The position numbers were made by a program, and so were the translations under genes. 64,000 nt of DNA, taken from positions 354-64,353 of the forward strand of contig JBGPDC010000004.1 in the NCBI GenBank assembly GCA_041482115.1, written 5' to 3'. This document shows positions 40,990 to 51,723 of the stretch, one piece after another. The DNA comes from Terriglobia bacterium (GTDB lineage: Bacteria; Acidobacteriota; Terriglobia; Bryobacterales; JACQDG01). How positions within the stretch are numbered: position 1 is the stretch's first letter; every line of letters begins with the position of its first letter. The notes below the pieces were generated by a model, which saw only the letters and a program-made list of their open reading frames with translations, did not search any database and was not told where the DNA came from.

Positions 40990-42516
40990 ATGGGCGGAAT
41001 CTGGGCTATTCTCGCGCTCACCGTGGCGGTGTATGCACCTGCACTCGGCGCAAGCTTCCACTTCGACGACTTCGCCATCTTCGCCGACCGGTTCGTTACG
41101 GCGGCCGACGGATGGTGGCAAGTCTTTCGCGTCTCCCAGACCCGGCCCCTCACGTACCTCACCTTTTGGATGAACTTCCAAGCCGGCGGGGCAGTGCCGT
41201 GGGGCTATCACGCCGTAAACCTGGCCTTGCACCTGGGCGCGGTCGCCGCGGCCTGGAGCGTGTTCCGCCGGCTGTTACGTCCGCCGCAAGCCTGGTTCGC
41301 GACGGCCCTTTTCGCGCTGCACCCGCTCCAAACAGAAGCCGTGTCCTATGTCTTTGCCCGGGCCACGGTGCTTGCGACGCTCCTCTGTCTGCTCGCATGG
41401 CGGGACTGGCTCGCGGACCGGCGCTGGCGCGCGGTCGCGTGGTTCGCCGCGGCGCTGCTGGCGAAAGAGGAGTGCGTCGCGTTCCCGCTGTTCCTGTTCG
41501 CGACGGACTGGCTTCGGGACCGCTGGCAGCGCCAGTCCGCCGCACCGCTCGGGGCGATGGTCGCGGCGTCGCTGGCCGCCGGAGTCCGGTTGCTGCTGGT
41601 GGCGTCGCAGACGGCAGGCTCCGGCGTCGGAGTCCACCCGGCGGGGAAGTATTTGCTCACCCAGCCGAAAGTAATCTGGGAGTACATGCAGCTTCTGGTG
41701 CTACCGATCGGCCAAAACTTCGACCACGACGTAAAGCTCTGGTCGCCCGCCGACTGGGCCGGGACAGCGGCCCTGGTGGCGCTTGTGGCCCTAGTCGGCG
41801 TGGCCCTTTGGAAGCGCAGCCGAGCCGCATGGTGGCTCGGTGCGCTGGTACTGCTGGCGCCAACCTCCAGCCTCATCCCTCTCGCCGACCTGATGTTTGA
41901 ACACCGCCTGTACCTGCCGATCATCAGCCTGGCGGCGGGAGTGGGCGAGTGGGTGACCCGGCTCAAGCGTCCGGTAGCGGCTGCGCTGGTGATCGCCCTC
42001 GCCGGGGTATCCTTCGCGCGCGCCCGCGTTTGGACCGACGACCTCACCCTCTGGTCGGATGCGGCGGCGAAGTCACCCGCGAAGGTGCGGCCGAAGCTGC
42101 AACTGGCTCGCGCGCTGGCGCAGTCGGACCCGGCCCGCGCGGAGGCGCTGCTCGCCGAGTCCCAGCGCCTGGAGCCAGACAACGCCGCAGCACACACGCA
42201 ACTGGGCTCGTTGTGGCTCGACCAGCGGCAACCCGATCGCGCCCTGCGGGAGTTCGAGGCGGCTTTGCGCCTGGAGCCGCGTTCCGCCAGCGCTCTCAGC
42301 AATCGTGGTACGGCCCTTTACATGCTCGGCCGCCCGGAGGAGGCCGAGGGGGAATTCCAGCGCGCGCTCGACCGCGACCCTTGCCACTTCAACGCCCGAC
42401 ACAATCTGCTGCTGCTCTACCGCAGCCAAGGGAGACCGGACGCCTACCAGCGTCTCGCCGACCCACCGCCAGCTTGCGGCTTTACGCCGGCTCAGCTTAC
42501 CGACCTGCGCAACTGA
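40990..42516 (+). CDS. TMTC-like membrane GT-C protein with C-terminal TPRs
   Basis: FHFDD, RPL, LHPLQTEAV, AKE, EHRLYLP, TPR repeats. Confidence 0.8.
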   Translation: MGGIWAILALTVAVYAPALGASFHFDDFAIFADRFVTAADGWWQVFRVSQTRPLTYLTFWMNFQAGGAVPWGYHAVNLALHLGAVAAAWSVFRRLLRPPQAWFATALFALHPLQTEAVSYVFARATVLATLLCLLAWRDWLADRRWRAVAWFAAALLAKEECVAFPLFLFATDWLRDRWQRQSAAPLGAMVAASLAAGVRLLLVASQTAGSGVGVHPAGKYLLTQPKVIWEYMQLLVLPIGQNFDHDVKLWSPADWAGTAALVALVALVGVALWKRSRAAWWLGALVLLAPTSSLIPLADLMFEHRLYLPIISLAAGVGEWVTRLKRPVAAALVIALAGVSFARARVWTDDLTLWSDAAAKSPAKVRPKLQLARALAQSDPARAEALLAESQRLEPDNAAAHTQLGSLWLDQRQPDRALREFEAALRLEPRSASALSNRGTALYMLGRPEEAEGEFQRALDRDPCHFNARHNLLLLYRSQGRPDAYQRLADPPPACGFTPAQLTDLRN

Positions 42517-44024
42517 GCGAGCAAGCCGGGATCGATCTTGGCCTTGACGGTCCGCCGGTCGAGGGCCAAGCGGCGGGAAGCCTCTTCGTAGCTCCCGCAT
42601 TGTGCGTAAACTAGCGTGGTATAGCGTCGGAGCAGATCCTCGGCGGAGAGTGCCCCCGCGATAACCGCCGCCGCCAAGTCGCCATCGGCCGGCACTTCGG
42701 CCCGGTGCGCGGGCCGGTAGTCATTCCTCACCAGGATGTTCCGCACGCACTGCCCCAGCTCCCGGAAGTTGCCCGGCCACAGGTAGTCGTCGCCGAGGTG
42801 CTCGTGAATCCAGGCCTCGGCCTGCGCGGCGAGCGATTCCGCCTCGACTCCCGCGACCTGCTGGGCGAGAAAGAGAATCGCCTCGCGCAGGACGTCCGGA
42901 GAGTCGCGCAGTTGCTCCGCGAGAGACGGCGTCACGATCTGATCGGCGCACAGGCGGTAGTAAAAATCTTCCCGGAAACGTCCCTCGCCGATCGCAGCGG
43001 GCAGCTCGCGATTGGTGGCCGCGATCAGCTTCCCCTGGAAACGCCGGCTCGCCGTATCGCCCACCGGCTGGAACGTCCGCGTTTCGATCACGCGCAGCAG
43101 CTTCACCTGCAGCGCCGGGTCGAGCTCGCCAATCTCGTCGAGGAACACGGTCCCCAGCGGATGGCAGGTCTCGAGCCACCCGCGGCGGTCCTGCCAGGCG
43201 CCGGTGAAGGCCCCGCGGCGGTGTCCGAACAACTCGGATTCGAGGAGCGTGGGCGCAAGAGCGCTCAGGTTGATGGGATAGAACTGCTCGGTGAGGTCAG
43301 CGGCAAAGACCAGCTTGCCCGCGTCAAAGGGCACATAGCGCGAGAGGGCGATGGCGCGGGCCACAAGTTCCTTGCCGGTGCCCGACGGACCGGTGACCAG
43401 GGTAGGGAAGTCGCCCATGCGGTCAAACAGCGACCGCCGGTAGCGGCGCATGTCGTGGGTGAAGATCGACTGCCAGACCGCCGACCGCAGCCGGGCCGCC
43501 GGCAACGAGTTGCCGACAATGTGGGTGAAGATGTAGTGGAAGGCCCGCACGATCTGGACGAAGCACGCGAAGGTGTGAAGCGGGTCGCGCACGCTCGGGA
43601 GCTGGCGTCCCGGAATCTCGAAGAAACTCTTCCAGTCGCCCAGGAAGTCGCGATAGACGCCCCAGCCGGCGCCAGCCGTGCCAAACGCCGCCGCGTAGAA
43701 GCGGTTCGTGTAGCGGTAGTAAAGAAGGTAGAGAATCGCATCCTCGTAGAGCACCAGATCCGTTTCGGGAGCCGTCGCCCCGGCCGGGAGACGCCGGCGC
43801 AGCTCGGGCGCGAGCGCCTCCATCCGCTCGTGAATCCGCCAGGCGTTGACGCGCGGCTCTTCAGGATTCGAAACCCGCACGCTCCAGACCGGATCGCTCG
43901 GGACAAAATCGGACCCCAGCGCCCGCCGCTCGTGTTTCGTGCGGTCGGGCAGGAACGGGTTCGCGTAGGCCAGCCCCGAAACCGCCTGCAGGAAGGTTCG
44001 CTCGGGCGTGTTCAAAAAACGCAT
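42492..44024 (-). CDS. Sigma54-dependent enhancer-binding protein with an uncharacterised N-terminal domain
   Basis: GPSGTGKELVA, ESELFGH, GAFTGA, FLDEIGEL, WPGNFREL, C-terminal HTH. Confidence 0.9.
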   Translation of the reverse strand: MRFLNTPERTFLQAVSGLAYANPFLPDRTKHERRALGSDFVPSDPVWSVRVSNPEEPRVNAWRIHERMEALAPELRRRLPAGATAPETDLVLYEDAILYLLYYRYTNRFYAAAFGTAGAGWGVYRDFLGDWKSFFEIPGRQLPSVRDPLHTFACFVQIVRAFHYIFTHIVGNSLPAARLRSAVWQSIFTHDMRRYRRSLFDRMGDFPTLVTGPSGTGKELVARAIALSRYVPFDAGKLVFAADLTEQFYPINLSALAPTLLESELFGHRRGAFTGAWQDRRGWLETCHPLGTVFLDEIGELDPALQVKLLRVIETRTFQPVGDTASRRFQGKLIAATNRELPAAIGEGRFREDFYYRLCADQIVTPSLAEQLRDSPDVLREAILFLAQQVAGVEAESLAAQAEAWIHEHLGDDYLWPGNFRELGQCVRNILVRNDYRPAHRAEVPADGDLAAAVIAGALSAEDLLRRYTTLVYAQCGSYEEASRRLALDRRTVKAKIDPGLLAQLRRSVS

Positions 44025-44025
44025 A

Positions 44026-44140
44026 CTATACATCCAATGTATAGCAGTAGCCATCAAATGTATAGATCATTCCGTCCTACCGCTAGCCATCCGTGCTAAA
44101 GTATTGAAAAGTCGGAACCCGGGAACGGTGTCCCATCTGC
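44026..44140 (+). promoter_or_regulatory. Candidate UAS pair, IHF site and sigma54 promoter for the aas-like gene
   Basis: ctatacat-cca-atgtatag with a second copy 21 bp away; IHF-like 44097-44109; GG-N10-GC 44127-44140. Confidence 0.55.
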
Positions 44141-44170
44141 CCTAACGGGGGCATGATGAGGAGCCCGAAA

Positions 44171-47100
44171 ATGAACCGAGACGGTTACCGCGAGCTGCTG
44201 CGATCGGGAGGCTTTCAATGCTTCCTGTGGACCCAGTTCCTCGGCGCCCTCAACGACAACCTCTATAAGATCATCGTCTCGATGCTGGCCGTGGATCTCG
44301 CGGTCAGCACCGGCAGCAGCCGCTATCTTTCCCTCACCGGAGCCGTCTTCATCCTCCCGTTCCTCCTGTTCTCGGGACACGCCGGGTGGCTCGCGGACCG
44401 CTTCAGCAAGCGCCAGGTACTGGTAGTTACCAAATCCATGGAGATCCTCGCGATGTCGCTCGCCATTGGGGCCCTGGTATCGCGCCGCATGGATTTCCTC
44501 CTCGGGGTGCTGTTCCTGATGGCCCTGCAGGCGACGCTCTTCAGTCCCGCCAAGTACGCCATCCTGCCCGAGCTGCTGCCGGAGAAGGATCTGTCGCGGG
44601 CCAACGGACTGCTCGAGATGAGTACCTTCATGGCCATCATCCTGGGCACATCGCTCGGGAGCGTCCTGCTGGCCTCCTGGCGCGGCCGCCCCGTGGCGCT
44701 CGGACTGGTCCTGCTCGCGATCGCGATCGCCGGAAGTCTCGCGAGCCTCGGAATTCCGAGAACTCCGCAAGGCGACCCGACCCGCCGCTGCCGCCCCTGG
44801 CACGAACTGGGAGAAGGCCTCCGCCGCCTCGCGAACGACCGGCCCCTCGGACTCGCCGTCCTCGGCATGAGCTGGTTCTGGTTCCTCGGCGCGCTCTTGC
44901 AAATGGACATCCTGCTTCTCGGCAAGCAAGTGATGGGGATCACCGAATTACAAATCGGGATCTTGGTGACCTTCCTCGCCACCGGCATCGGCCTCGGAGG
45001 TCTCGCCGCCGGGCGGCTTTCCGGTGACAAAGTCGAGCCGGGCCTGGTTCCGATCGGCTCGGTCGGGATGGGTGCGTTCCTGCTGCTGCTCGCCCATTCG
45101 GCCCGCTCCTACGCAGTGGCGGCCGCGTCCCTCACCCTGCTAGGTTTTTCCGGCGGCCTGTTCATCGTTCCGCTGAACGCGCTGTTGCAGCAGAAAGCCG
45201 AGAGCCGGGAGCGAGGCCGCCTGATGGGGGTCGCAAGCTTCCTCACCACGGTCGGCATGCTGCTGGCCTCCGCCACGATCTGGATCCTGCGCGATCTCCT
45301 GCACGTTCCGCCGGACCGCATCCTGGCGCTCGCCGGCTGGTTCACCCTCGCCGCCACGGTCTACACGATGTACCTCGTGCCCGAGTTCCTGGTGCGGTTC
45401 ATCTTCTGGACCCTCACCCACACCCTGTACCGCATCCGCATCGTCGGGACGGAGAATGTCCCCAGCCGGGGGCCGGCGCTGCTCGTTTCAAACCACGTGT
45501 CTTTCGCCGATGGCCAGTTGGTGGGCGCCTGCCTGCAGCGCTTCGTCCGGTTCCTGGTCTTTCAGTCCTACTACGAGAAGCCCGGCTTGCACTGCCTGTT
45601 CCGGCTGATGAAAGCCATTCCGATTGCGGGCGGCAACCGCCGCGAGGTCGTCCAGTCGCTCGCCCGCGCCCGGCGGGAGATCGAGGCCGGCCACGTGGTC
45701 TGCATCTTCGCCGAGGGCGCCATCAGCCGCACCGGGAACCTGCTGCGTTTCAAGCGCGGCTTCGAGCGGATCGTCGACGGTCTCGACGTTCCCGTAATCC
45801 CGGTCCACCTGGACCGCGTGTGGGGCAGCATCTTCAGCTACGAGCACGGCCGCTTCTTCCGCAAGTGGCCGCGCCACATTCCCTATCCCGTGACGGTCTC
45901 CTTCGGCCACCCGCTTCCAGCGGGGGCCACGGCCTGGGACGTCCGGCAGGCGGTGCAGGAGCTGGGCACGGCCGCCTGGGACCACCGGCACTCGGGCCGC
46001 GATCTGCTGCACCTGCACTTCATCCGCACGGCGAAGCGGCGCTGGCGATCCCTGTGCATGGCCGATTCGAGCGGCAAGGAGCTAACCTTCGGACGGACCC
46101 TCACGGCGGGACTGTTGCTCGCTGGCTGGCTGCGCAAAAACCGACAGACGGAATCCAACATCGGGCTGTTGTTGCCCGCTTCGGTCGGCGGCGCGCTCGC
46201 CAACCTGGCGGTGATGCTCGCGGGCAAGGTCCCGGTCAACCTGAACTTTACGGCCGGCTCCGAGGCGATGGGAGCGGCCATCGAGCAATGCGGCCTGCGG
46301 ACCATCTTCACGTCGCGGACTTTCCTCGCCAAGGCCAAGCTGGATCAGCGGGAAGGAATGGTCTTTCTCGAAGATGTGCTGCGCGGGTTCAGCCCCGGCC
46401 GGAAGGCCCTGGCGGCCGCCGTGGCGTTTCTCACACCGAGCCGCTTGCTCGAAGCCGCCTGCCATCACGGCGAGACCCCCGACTCGGTCGCGACCGTGAT
46501 CTTCTCAAGCGGCAGCACGGGGCGGCCCAAAGGCGTACGGCTCTCGCATCACAACGTGCTCTCCAATATCGAGGCCATCCGCGAGGTCTTCGCGATCCAG
46601 GCCAGCGACCGCTTCCTCGGGGCGCTGCCTTTCTTCCACTCCTTCGGCTTCACGGTGACGCTGTGGCTGCCGCTCGTCGAAGGGTTCGGCGCGGTTTACC
46701 ATCCGAACCCGCTCGAGGCCAAGGCCGTCGGGGAGATGGCCGCGAAATACGGCGCAACGATCATGACCGCCACGCCAACCTTCTATGCCGCGTATCTGAA
46801 GCGGTGCACGCGCGAGGAGTTCGCGACCTTGCGGCTCGGCCTCGTCGGCGCCGAGAAGCTGCGCGCGAGCCTCGCGGCCGAGTTCAAAGAAAAATACGGG
46901 GTCGAGCTGCTGGAGGGCTATGGTGCAACGGAAATGGCTCCGGTCGTGGCAGTGAACACCCCGGATGTGGAGCAGGGAAGCGAGCACCAGACCGGAACCA
47001 AGCCCGGTACGGTGGGACATCCCTTGCCCGGCGTCTCGGTGCGGGTGGTAGATCCGGCCACGCGTGAGCTGCTCGGACCGGACCAGGAAGGCCTCCTCCT

Positions 47101-47557
47101 CGTGAAGGGACCGAACCGGATGCTCGGTTACCTCGGCGACCCTGGGAAGACCGCCGAGGTCTTCGACCACGGCTGGTACGTGACCGGCGACATCGGCTGC
47201 GTCGACGAAGAAGGCTTCATCCGCCTCACGGACCGGCTCTCCCGCTTCAGCAAGATCGGCGGAGAAATGGTGCCGCACCTCCGCCTCGAGGAAGCCATCA
47301 GCGTCCTGCTGATCGATGCGACGTGCGTGGTGACCGCCGTCCCGGACGAGCAGAAGGGCGAGCGCCTGGTGGTGCTCCACACCGACGCGACCAAGTCGGG
47401 AAGGGAATTGTGGGAGGCGCTCAGCCAGAATGGACTCCCCCGCCTGTGGCTGCCGCGCGCCGACAACATCGTTTATGTGGAGGCCATCCCGACCTTGGGG
47501 ACCGGCAAGGTGGACTTACGCCGCGTCCGGGAGATGGCCCACGCTGTGATAGCATGA
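44171..47557 (+). CDS. aas: MFS (LplT-like) / PlsC acyltransferase / acyl-ACP synthetase fusion
   Basis: TQFLGALNDN, NHVSFAD, IFSSGSTGRPKG, EGYGATE, WYVTGD; GAGGAG before ATG 44171. Confidence 0.9.
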   Translation: MNRDGYRELLRSGGFQCFLWTQFLGALNDNLYKIIVSMLAVDLAVSTGSSRYLSLTGAVFILPFLLFSGHAGWLADRFSKRQVLVVTKSMEILAMSLAIGALVSRRMDFLLGVLFLMALQATLFSPAKYAILPELLPEKDLSRANGLLEMSTFMAIILGTSLGSVLLASWRGRPVALGLVLLAIAIAGSLASLGIPRTPQGDPTRRCRPWHELGEGLRRLANDRPLGLAVLGMSWFWFLGALLQMDILLLGKQVMGITELQIGILVTFLATGIGLGGLAAGRLSGDKVEPGLVPIGSVGMGAFLLLLAHSARSYAVAAASLTLLGFSGGLFIVPLNALLQQKAESRERGRLMGVASFLTTVGMLLASATIWILRDLLHVPPDRILALAGWFTLAATVYTMYLVPEFLVRFIFWTLTHTLYRIRIVGTENVPSRGPALLVSNHVSFADGQLVGACLQRFVRFLVFQSYYEKPGLHCLFRLMKAIPIAGGNRREVVQSLARARREIEAGHVVCIFAEGAISRTGNLLRFKRGFERIVDGLDVPVIPVHLDRVWGSIFSYEHGRFFRKWPRHIPYPVTVSFGHPLPAGATAWDVRQAVQELGTAAWDHRHSGRDLLHLHFIRTAKRRWRSLCMADSSGKELTFGRTLTAGLLLAGWLRKNRQTESNIGLLLPASVGGALANLAVMLAGKVPVNLNFTAGSEAMGAAIEQCGLRTIFTSRTFLAKAKLDQREGMVFLEDVLRGFSPGRKALAAAVAFLTPSRLLEAACHHGETPDSVATVIFSSGSTGRPKGVRLSHHNVLSNIEAIREVFAIQASDRFLGALPFFHSFGFTVTLWLPLVEGFGAVYHPNPLEAKAVGEMAAKYGATIMTATPTFYAAYLKRCTREEFATLRLGLVGAEKLRASLAAEFKEKYGVELLEGYGATEMAPVVAVNTPDVEQGSEHQTGTKPGTVGHPLPGVSVRVVDPATRELLGPDQEGLLLVKGPNRMLGYLGDPGKTAEVFDHGWYVTGDIGCVDEEGFIRLTDRLSRFSKIGGEMVPHLRLEEAISVLLIDATCVVTAVPDEQKGERLVVLHTDATKSGRELWEALSQNGLPRLWLPRADNIVYVEAIPTLGTGKVDLRRVREMAHAVIA

Positions 47558-47600
47558 GGGCGATAGCAGCATAAATCCCGCTCTTTCGAGGTGATTCCAC

Positions 47601-48056
47601 ATGGCAACGGCAACGAATCGCAGAAGCTTCTTCCGCCGCGGCATGGCAGTGGCCGCCGCTCTCCCGGCGGTCGCCGCAGCCCAACAGGGTCCGGTGAAGA
47701 AGGTGCATACCAAGGACGGCGCGCGTCCGGCGCGGCCACCCCTGTTTAGCGGGGCGATCTCCTACGGCAACCTGCTGTTCATCGCGGGTATCGGCGCGCA
47801 CTTCGAGGGCGACATCAAGGCCCACACCAAGCACGTCCTCGATCAGATCGAGGCGCGTTTGAAGGAGTGCGGCTCCTCGATGGAAAAGTGCGTGAAGTGT
47901 AACGTCTACTTGAACGACCTGAAGGATTACGCCGGCATGAACGAGATGTTCCAGGGCCGCTTCGGCGCCGAGCCCCCGGTGCGAACCACGATCGCCGCCG
48001 CCGGCGGCATCCCGGGCAACTCGCTCGTCGAAATCGACGTCATCGCCTATATCTGA
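47601..48056 (+). CDS. RidA family protein with Tat signal
   Basis: NRRSFFRR leader; PPVRTT, LVEIDVIA. Confidence 0.85.
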   Translation: MATATNRRSFFRRGMAVAAALPAVAAAQQGPVKKVHTKDGARPARPPLFSGAISYGNLLFIAGIGAHFEGDIKAHTKHVLDQIEARLKECGSSMEKCVKCNVYLNDLKDYAGMNEMFQGRFGAEPPVRTTIAAAGGIPGNSLVEIDVIAYI

Positions 48057-48134
48057 TTTGAAACAATAAAAAAGAGGGCCTGCCAGGCGTACCCGACAGG
48101 CCCGAGGGAAGAAGCTTGAGGTTCTAGCGCGCCG

Positions 48135-50219
48135 TCAGCGGCGGCCGTGGTCGGACCCGTGCTCCGACTGGCGCCCGGACTGGTGCCCGTTGTTTCCTGA
48201 ATTGCCTCCCGAATTGCTTCCGGAATTTCCCCGCGCCGGAGCCGCACCCGAAGATTGCGGCGCGCGCTCCTGAATGATCGGCCGATTCAACTGCAGTGGC
48301 CGGCCGCCCCCGCCGTTATCGCCGCGCGGCGGGGCATAGCGCTCGGGCGCCGGCTGGCGCCACTGCTGTGGTTGCGGCTGCTGGGCTTGCGGCGCCGGTG
48401 CGGGCGTCGGATTGCGGAATGACGGAGCCGCCTGCGGCTGATAGTTCTGCATCTGGGAGCCACGGGCGCGATCCGGTCCGGGGCCCTGGTAGGCCGGGGC
48501 GGCCGGAGCAGAGACCTGCGGAGTCGCCTGCGGGGCCAGGGCGGGCGAAGAGTTCGTACCCCGGTCGCCGAAGCGGCGCCAGTTGCCCGAGCGGTCCGGT
48601 GTTTGCTGGTAGGTCTGCGCCGGCGCGGTCTGTCCGTTAAAGCCGCCGCGCGTAGAGCGATCCACGTTGCGGTCCGGCGCTGCTGCCGGCGGTGCGCTGC
48701 GAACCCCCTGGTCCCCGAAACGCCGCCAGTTGCTGTCCGCTGCTGCTGGCGCGGCGCTAGTGGCCGCCCCGCCACCCTGGAACTGCCGGCCCATCTGCTG
48801 GCGCTGCTGCTCAAACGGAACGCGCTCGACGCGCGCCGGCGCCTGGCGCTGGACGAACCGGGTCCCGCGGTCGGACTGCGCTACTGCCGGCCGCGTCACC
48901 ACCCGGTCATTGAAGCGCAGGCTCTCGTGCGCGGGCACGATCGGAACCTGGCCGCGAATCTGGCCAACGTTGCCGACCTGTCCGATGTTGACGCGCTCCG
49001 CGCGCGTCTGGCCGCGGCCGAAATTCGCAGCGCCCGTCGAGAGCACCGCCCCGTTCACGTTGGCGTTCCGGTAAGCGCCACGGATATTGTTGACGTTGTA
49101 GATATTGACGTTCACCTGCGAGCCCCGCGCGCCGTAGTAGCGGGAGCCATACCACGGATAGAACCGCTCCCCGGGGGCGAGAGGCACCCACCCGATGTTG
49201 CCGTAGCCGAATCCTACGCTGACTCCGCTGCGGCCTCCCCAACCGAAGAATCCCACCAGCGCCGGCGACCAGTAGGCTCGAGCGCGGCGCTGTCCTGGGT
49301 ACCAGCCCCAGCCGTAGGCGGGGTCACGATACCAGCGGCCGTAGTGGAAGGGAGCCCAGCCCCAGGAATCGTAGCTGACCCAGGTCCAGCCGTACCAATC
49401 GGACCATACCCAGCGGCCATTGCTGTAAGGAGCCCAATCCGCCGCCACGCGCGGGAACCACACCTCGCCGTAGTCGTTGGTCGGCCTCCAGTCGCCGTTG
49501 CGGTCGAGGTCCTCGGCGCCATAGACCCCCGGAGGCACGTAGTTGTAACTTTGCGAGGTCTGGACGTAGGTGTCGCGGCTCTGATTCCAGCGATCCCACT
49601 CGTCCAGGCCGATGGCGTTCAACTCCTGCACGTCTACAGCGCCATCCGCCCCACTCGGCCGGGCCAGCATGGTGCGGCCCGCGCCCAGCCGCTCGGAGCC
49701 CTGGTTCGAGAAGATCTCGGCCTCTCCGCTCCGGACGGTAATCATGGTTTCCCCGTTCGGCTGGACTTCGATCCGATAGCTCCCGGGCTGGAGCGGGCGA
49801 ACCGCCACCGCCGGGGTATTGATTTCCACGTCGGCGCTGATGGTGCGGAGCACCCGGTAGGTAACCAGCCCATTCGAGATCTGCAACTGATAGCGCCCAC
49901 CGTCCAGGGACGCCAGGCGGACTTGCGTATTCTCGCCGAGCCGCAGGGCATTGTCGGCGTCAAACTGGATCTCGCCGCGCGAACCGCGCCCGGTGGCCAC
50001 GGCGTCGCCGGCCAGCAGCGGCGCATTGACCACGGCGGCGACCCATTCTCCCGAGTCGCCCCGCTGCATGCTGATCTCGCCGTTCATCACGCTCACGCGC
50101 GCTACGCCGCGGCCCTGTTCGACGTCCTGGTCGGGCGCGTCGGGATAGGGCTGGGGCTGGGCCACGAGCATCGCCGGTCCCAGCCAGAGGATCAACGGGA
50201 TTGCCCAGAGCGTTTTCAT
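48135..50219 (-). CDS. Secreted FecR / DUF6600 domain protein with a low-complexity tail
   Basis: VARVS, FecR-like strands, WAPY..GRW.W..WGWAPFHYGRW; start ATG 50219. Confidence 0.85.
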   Translation of the reverse strand: MKTLWAIPLILWLGPAMLVAQPQPYPDAPDQDVEQGRGVARVSVMNGEISMQRGDSGEWVAAVVNAPLLAGDAVATGRGSRGEIQFDADNALRLGENTQVRLASLDGGRYQLQISNGLVTYRVLRTISADVEINTPAVAVRPLQPGSYRIEVQPNGETMITVRSGEAEIFSNQGSERLGAGRTMLARPSGADGAVDVQELNAIGLDEWDRWNQSRDTYVQTSQSYNYVPPGVYGAEDLDRNGDWRPTNDYGEVWFPRVAADWAPYSNGRWVWSDWYGWTWVSYDSWGWAPFHYGRWYRDPAYGWGWYPGQRRARAYWSPALVGFFGWGGRSGVSVGFGYGNIGWVPLAPGERFYPWYGSRYYGARGSQVNVNIYNVNNIRGAYRNANVNGAVLSTGAANFGRGQTRAERVNIGQVGNVGQIRGQVPIVPAHESLRFNDRVVTRPAVAQSDRGTRFVQRQAPARVERVPFEQQRQQMGRQFQGGGAATSAAPAAADSNWRRFGDQGVRSAPPAAAPDRNVDRSTRGGFNGQTAPAQTYQQTPDRSGNWRRFGDRGTNSSPALAPQATPQVSAPAAPAYQGPGPDRARGSQMQNYQPQAAPSFRNPTPAPAPQAQQPQPQQWRQPAPERYAPPRGDNGGGGRPLQLNRPIIQERAPQSSGAAPARGNSGSNSGGNSGNNGHQSGRQSEHGSDHGRR

Positions 50220-50241
50220 AACGGCCTCCGCCCCAGGTATG

Positions 50242-50344
50242 TGCAGGCCGGGGTCCAAAGCGCAAGATATTGAAAAACCAGGACATAAACTCCGTCGCAG
50301 ATCTGCGACGTGGTTCAACGTGGCCACCCTGGCCCATTTGAGCC
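50242..50344 (-). promoter_or_regulatory. Candidate sigma54 promoter, IHF site and UAS for the DUF6600 gene
   Basis: TGGACCCCGGCCTGCA (GG-N10-GC); TTTCAATATCTTG; palindrome cgtcgcagatctgcgacg 50293-50310. Confidence 0.6.
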
Positions 50345-50361
50345 GGAAGCGGCTGGCAGGC

Positions 50362-51720
50362 TTACGCTTCGACGCCCATCTGCTTAAGCCGGTAGCGCAG
50401 AGCGCTACGGGTAAGGCCCAGCAGTCGGGCGGCTTGCCACTTGTTGCCCTCCGTCCGCCGCAGCGCCTCGCGGATCAACTCCTGCTCGTATTGGTCGAGC
50501 GTCATGCCCGCCGGCACAAACGGGACTCCGTCAGGCGAGGGGGCGACGCGGCGGTCGACGTCGAGCTGAATATCGGCGAGGTCGATTTTGCTTCCCTGGG
50601 CCATCACCATGGCTCGCTGCATGATGTTCTCCAGTTCCCGCACGTTGCCGGGCCAGTGATAGGAGATCAGCTTCTCCATCGCCGCCGGGGTCACGCCAGT
50701 CACGCGGCCGCCAGTGTCCTCCTGATACTTAGTCAGGAAATGCTCGACCAGCAGGGGAATGTCCGCCTTGCGCTCGCGCAGTGGCGGTATCGAGATGGGC
50801 ACGACGTTGAGGCGGTAGTAGAGGTCCTCGCGGAAGGCGCCGGTTTCGAGCGCGGCGTGCAGGTCCTGGTTGGTGGCGGCGATGACGCGGACGTCGACCG
50901 TGATGGTTTTGTTGCTGCCCAGCCGCTCAAATTCGCGCTCCTGCAGCACCCGCAGCAGCTTCACCTGGATCGCGTTGGGCACGTCGCCGATTTCGTCGAG
51001 GAACACCGTGCCGCCGTCGGCCTGCTCGAACTTGCCCACCCGGGAGGTCGTGGCGCCCGTGAAAGCGCCCTTCTCGTAGCCGAACAGCTCGCTCTCCATG
51101 AGGTTCTCGGGCAGCGCCGAGCAGGAGATCTTGACGAAGGGGTGGTCCTTGCGGGGCGAGTGATGGTGGACGGCGCGGGCGATAAGGTCCTTGCCGATGC
51201 CGCTCTCGCCGAGCAGCAGGACCGTAGCCCGCGTGGGGGCGACACGCGACACTGCCGCAAACACCTCCTGCATCGGGGGACTGCTTCCGATGATGTTCTC
51301 GAATTGATACCGGCGGCCGAGCTCGTCCTTCAAGCGGCGATTTTCGTCGCGCAGGTTGTGCAGCTCGAGGACCTTGTCGATCGTGATCATCAGCTCGTCT
51401 AGCGCGAAGGGCTTGAGCACGTAGTCGCTCGCGCCCGCTTTCATGGCCCGGACGGCTGTCTCGATGCTCCCAAAGGCCGTCATGATGATGAGGGGCAGGG
51501 AAGCGTCCTGGCCGCGCACGCGCGCCAGCAGCTCGAGGCCGTCCATGCCGGGCAGCTTGAGATCGGTGAGCACCAGGTCGATACCGCCGGCTTCGAGCTT
51601 CCGCAGGGCCTCCTCGGCGGAGGTGGCCTTTACCACCTGATAACCGGCGCTCGCGAGCTGCAGCTCGATGACGCGCAACATGCTCGCTTCGTCTTCGACC
51701 ACCAGCAGGCGCGTGGGCAT
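50362..51720 (-). CDS. NtrC/AtoC family sigma54-dependent response regulator
   Basis: REC ([14 protein letters not shown]), [21 protein letters not shown], Fis-type HTH. Confidence 0.95.
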   Translation of the reverse strand: MPTRLLVVEDEASMLRVIELQLASAGYQVVKATSAEEALRKLEAGGIDLVLTDLKLPGMDGLELLARVRGQDASLPLIIMTAFGSIETAVRAMKAGASDYVLKPFALDELMITIDKVLELHNLRDENRRLKDELGRRYQFENIIGSSPPMQEVFAAVSRVAPTRATVLLLGESGIGKDLIARAVHHHSPRKDHPFVKISCSALPENLMESELFGYEKGAFTGATTSRVGKFEQADGGTVFLDEIGDVPNAIQVKLLRVLQEREFERLGSNKTITVDVRVIAATNQDLHAALETGAFREDLYYRLNVVPISIPPLRERKADIPLLVEHFLTKYQEDTGGRVTGVTPAAMEKLISYHWPGNVRELENIMQRAMVMAQGSKIDLADIQLDVDRRVAPSPDGVPFVPAGMTLDQYEQELIREALRRTEGNKWQAARLLGLTRSALRYRLKQMGVEA

Positions 51721-51723
51721 GGG

